A DNA stretch of 64,000 nt from Felis catus. Its lineage: Eukaryota. The position numbers and the translations under genes are program-made. Position 1 is the stretch's first letter. Each line of letters begins with the position of its first letter. Positions 59,756 to 64,000 of this stretch are shown in pieces. The notes beneath the pieces were generated by a model, which saw nothing but the letters and a program-made list of their open reading frames with translations, did no database searches and was not told the origin of the DNA. Location of the stretch: assembly GCF_018350175.1 (NCBI RefSeq), contig NC_058368.1:224380001-224444000 (forward strand). The letters are read 5' to 3'.

Positions 59756-62239
59756 GTCGAAGTACCCTTTAGACAAATATGTATCTTTCAAAATGATCAA
59801 TATAATCTCAAAATTAAATGTATTTTATCTGAAAATTATGACACTAACCCTATATTATAAAGATTGTTTTAACCAGCATAATGGATCCTTACCAAAACTT
59901 TTAAATTTTAAAAATATGTGCTTATACTTATTGAATCTATATACTGATTACCTATGCATTTGTACTTTATAGTTTTCAATTTTGCTACCTATCTGGTCAC
60001 ATGGTTTTCTTCAATTGTAATGTTTACTATTAAATATGTAATATGTTTGTTATTAAATATTAGAATTTAAAATAAAAATAAAAATGGCATCCTATATGTA
60101 ATCAGTATAATAAAGATCAAAGTATGTTATTATTCTTAAAGTATATGAACAACATTTTAAATGCAATATGTAAATTTGAGTGTATAAAATGTATGCTAAA
60201 TAAACCAGGTGATTTTTTTCACATTTTCTCATTGCCTTCTACTTTCTCTTACATAATTTAGTGATGATATATTCTATGTCTATTTTACAGATGAAATAGA
60301 TACATGTTAAAAAGAGCAAGTGTAATATGCATATTAACACAGGTTGTAAATTGTTTATCCAGAATTAAAAACTATTTTTGACCACGCTCAGTATTTTATT
60401 AATTTGGTGCACTTTTATTTTAAAATATTCTATATTTGCTTTACATTTTAATGAAAGCTGATTGACAATTTAAGTAATAATATGTAATTTTCCATTTTTT
60501 ATATGTATCTGAAAGACATTGGTTTTTAACACTGAATTAATATTATGCCAAAATTTCTGGTGACTCTCCAAAGAGTGAAAATAATTCACCTTTTTTACAT
60601 TCAAACCATATAATAATGGCTTTGATAAGTACAAAGATGTAAAAAATGGCTGGATTTATACAGTTGGGCTTTTATAATATTTTTAAGGAACAAATAGTTG
60701 GACATAGAGTTTTATAACAAATTAGTGTCATACAGTTTTATAGTGACAACTAGTCCCATCATAAGCAAAGCAGACATTAAGATATGCAAGAGCCACAGAT
60801 TCTTATCCGCTAAGAAAACCTAGACAGGAATCCAATCCTTATCTGGTGGTGAGTTGTAAGCATGGAAATAAAATAAGAGATTTAGATTTATGTTAAACAT
60901 AACCTGAAAAATAGACCAATTCACTTAACTTATATGAAGAATCATCTTGCAAAGAAAAAAATCAAACTTTACTTTTTTTGCATTTCTATTACAAAGCATT
61001 CATAACAAATGTCCTAACTGACATATTCTTTGTTTAGGTGTCTAAATATTTCAAAGCAAACTTTCTCTAAGAGACATACAAAAATGCACTTCTAGAATCT
61101 GCAATATCTCTATGGATATATTTGAATTTGCATTCTAATTGTTATGCTAATCTAGCCACCTAAAACAGATACTCACAATTTACAAAACCACATATACTGA
61201 GGTCTTTTAATTTAGACTATGACCTTGAAAATGTAAATAATTGCATCTTTCTTTGTATTCATGACATATAGTGTTATTTTAATTGTTTGGAGATAATGAG
61301 AAAAAAAGATAGGTGGGCTTAATTAATACAGCAAGCATTGCTCCCAAAGAAGACAGATCAACTTCAAGGTAATTGGCAAAAGTTTGAGGAGAACAGAAAT
61401 GGCAGACTTGTAGTCACAGGTTAGACACATCCCCAGCTCTCGAGTTTGACTCACACAAGATTAAAACAATAATAACTAGTTGTATACATATAAATATAAG
61501 AAATTTCAAGAAAATTCTAGACTTCTGGTATATGTTGAAAAATGTAAACTGTCAATATCAGTCTATTGTTCCCATTTGGAAACAACGTGTTGGAACTGAA
61601 TATCAATGAGGCCACTTATGTTGTTAAATGTCCTTCAGTTACCACTTTATGGATTGTTTCATTAGTTTATCCTATAGACATTTGGAATGACGATCCATAA
61701 AAACAAACAAAAAAAAGTTGGGAATATCTAACTTATATACCATACTTGATGTTAAACATGAGGCATTAAAACCAAATTTGTTTTGTCAAATAACACCATT
61801 CATTTATTTTAAAATTTGCTGTTTAATTTTATTCATTTTATGGTTTCATTTGATATTAATATACACTTCCTCTTTTGGAAATGAATGCTTTCTTTCAGCC
61901 TCTGAATGCCATTAAACTTAAAGTGAGTTTCTTGTAAATAGTATATACTTGAGCCATGGTTTTATTTGTTGGTTTTGTTTGTTGCTTTTGTTTGTTTGCT
62001 TGTTTAAGTGGTATATTTACATCATTTATTTTTAAGGCACTTATTGTGCTCTTAGGGCTTAAGTAAGCTATTTTACCATTTGTTTTCTGTTTGTTTCCTC
62101 TGTTTCCATTTCTCTGTTTCTCTTTTCTTGTTTTCTTGTGTGTCATGTGAACATTTTTTAAGACCCTTCGATTTATTTGTAGCGTTTTTGAGTGAGACAC
62201 TTTGTAATATTTTTTTTGGTGGTTGTTCTGGGTATTTGT

Positions 62240-62318
62240 TCACAACAAATTAGCATAGGGTAGGTGGCTTAAACAACAAACATTTATTTCTCACGGTTTT
62301 GGAGGCTGGGAAGTCCAA
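62240..62318 (-). mobile_element. MLT1 (MaLR) LTR fragment
   Basis: ggtggcttaaacaacaaacatttatttctcacggttttggaggctgggaagtccaag. Confidence 0.85.
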
Positions 62319-62490
62319 GTTTATCTGACTACAGTGATAAAATGATGGGTGTCTTTTATTGTTCCACAGGTCCCAGAGGCTCTGTTTTGTTTTGTTTTGT
62401 TTTAACTTCTTTTTACTTTATTTTATGCATTTTCAAAATTGCCTTTAATGATTACTTTACTTTTATTATTACTTTTTAAAAATTCTATTA

Positions 62491-62685
62491 GAGGCGTCTG
62501 AGTGGCTCAGTTGGTTAAGGGTCCAACTTCGGCTCAGGTCATGATCTTGCGTCCATAGGTTTGAGCTCTGCATATGGCTCTGTGCTGACAGCTCCCAGCC
62601 TGGAGTCTGCCTCGGATTCTGTGTCTCCCTCTCTCTCTGACCCTCCCCCACTCACACTCTGTCTCTCAAAAGTAAATAAACATTA
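62491..62685 (+). mobile_element. Can-SINE
   Basis: gaggcgtctgagtggctcagttggttaag head. Confidence 0.94.
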
Positions 62686-62890
62686 GGGGCACCTGGGTGG
62701 CTCAGTCAGTTAAGCATCTGACTTCTGCTCAGGTCACGATCTCATGGTTTGTGAGTTGGGGCCCTATGTCAGACTCTGTGCTGACAGCTCAGAGCCTGGA
62801 ACCTGCTTCAGATTCTGTCTCCCTCTCTCTCTGCCCCTCCCATGCTCATGCTCTGTCTCTCAATAATAAATAAAAGTTAAAAAAAAAAAA
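62686..62890 (+). mobile_element. Can-SINE inserted in the tail of the preceding SINE
   Basis: ggggcacctgggtggctcagtcagttaag head directly after aataaacatta. Confidence 0.95.
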
Positions 62891-64000
62891 AGTTCAATGT
62901 TGGCAGCCCTTGTGGTCTTTTCTAATTCATGTTGTGATTTTCCTTGTTTTGGGCATCATGGGTGATTTTTAAATATATCCTGGACACTTTGACATTTATT
63001 TAAGTAGTTTGGAACATATTTATTCATTTATTTAGTTGCTTACTTACACATTCATTCCTTGACTCGTTGATTCATTTATGCAACCATTCACCCCATTGAA
63101 TTGTATTATGCAGACAGATCATGGTACACTTGTGAGGGCTGTTGTGACAATGACATCAATGTGCAGAGCCTTTACTGAACTACATTGGTCTGGTTGGTTG
63201 GACCTTGTTCATTCCACCTGGGAGGGCAGAGGAGCTTCTCTGAGCCAGACCTTGTGTGGGATAAGAGTCTCCAATCCACAAAAATGATAACGCTTCCTTA
63301 ACAGGTGTTTCTTGTGGCAGAATATTCCCCTCAGTGACAAAGAGTTCTTTATGAGCTGCACATTAATGGCTATACGATAGCCCTCCTGAAAGAGGGCAGT
63401 CTCAGGTGCGATAGGAAAGGACAGTGTTTCTTCTGGCTGCTTACTGTCAGGCAATCCTCATTGCTCATTCTGCTACCCTTCTCTGGTAGTGTTGTCAGGG
63501 CCCTCAAGTCAGTTCAGCAGACAAATGAGTCTACCTGGGCCATGTTCTGTTGCCAGGTTGGATGTCCAAAAGCCCAGGCCTGAGTTGTCTTCTTCCACTG
63601 GCCATACTTACTTTCAGAGTATAAGAAAGATTCTAAGATGGTTCCTCTAGTCTTTGGGTCTCTAATCAAGTTACCAACTCTTTCTACTTTTCACAGGTCT
63701 CTTTTAGTTGTCTCTTGGATTATTTCTAGGAATTATACCTATTCTTAGAGAAAGGGTGCAAGCAGAGATTTGTCTATGATGTTTCAGATGGACCAAATAT
63801 AGCCGTGTCTGAATATCATTTGCATAACAACTCTTCATCTTTTGCTTTACTTTGTTGGCTTAGTTTTTCGGGTATTTTGTTTGTTTTACATGAGCTGTGG
63901 TCCTAGTTGGTTTACATCAAATCTAGATTTAAATATTTTTTGCAATGTATTTACACTGATACTGGATACCTGTTAACTTTTCATTTCTTGTTTTGGTTAT

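Larger units (their letters stand above)
61890..63800 (-). mobile_element. Old L1M 5' portion (5'UTR to ORF2 start), fragmented
   Basis: Minus-strand peptide KIAYLSPKSTISALKINDVNIPLK (ORF2 start-like); 63680-63800 resembles a reverse L1M 5' tip. Confidence 0.62.

Noticed and set aside
1305..62890. tRNA-like A/B-box sequences
   Set aside because: They are the tRNA-derived heads of SINEs, followed by CT tracts and A tails. No complete cloverleaf gene is seen.
1..64000. A novel multi-gene system, CRISPR array or operon
   Set aside because: The recurring ~200-bp repeats are dispersed Can-SINEs with individual TSDs and A tails, not regularly spaced repeats with spacers. No ORF exceeds 136 aa and none resembles a cellular protein.

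Overview
This is AT-rich, CpG-depleted mammalian DNA. The Can-SINE types (SINEC_Fc-like) point to a cat-family (Felidae) genome. I find no protein-coding gene, RNA gene or supportable exon, so the window looks like gene desert or the inside of a very large intron. The supplied ORFs are explained by SINEs, decayed L1/ERV frames and microsatellites. Main contents: about 38 Can-SINEs, six of them very young and several with perfect target-site duplications (TSDs); one end-to-end carnivore L1 (36328-42127) with a large internal ORF2 deletion, inserted into an ERVL provirus; a 5'-truncated carnivore L1; many old L1M/HAL1/L2/MIR fragments; two ERVL internal remnants; several solo LTRs; and Tigger-family DNA transposons. 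The less obvious signals are a heavily decayed Gypsy-type reverse transcriptase remnant on the minus strand (about 43.06-44.14 kb), a cleanly bounded 643-bp solo LTR I cannot assign to a family, a hAT transposase C-terminal remnant, a perfect 18-bp hairpin at a rearrangement junction, and a compact POU/SOX/bHLH motif cluster. I do not see a convincing previously undescribed biological system. All repeat family names come from my recollection of consensus sequences, not from a database search, and boundaries of old elements are approximate.
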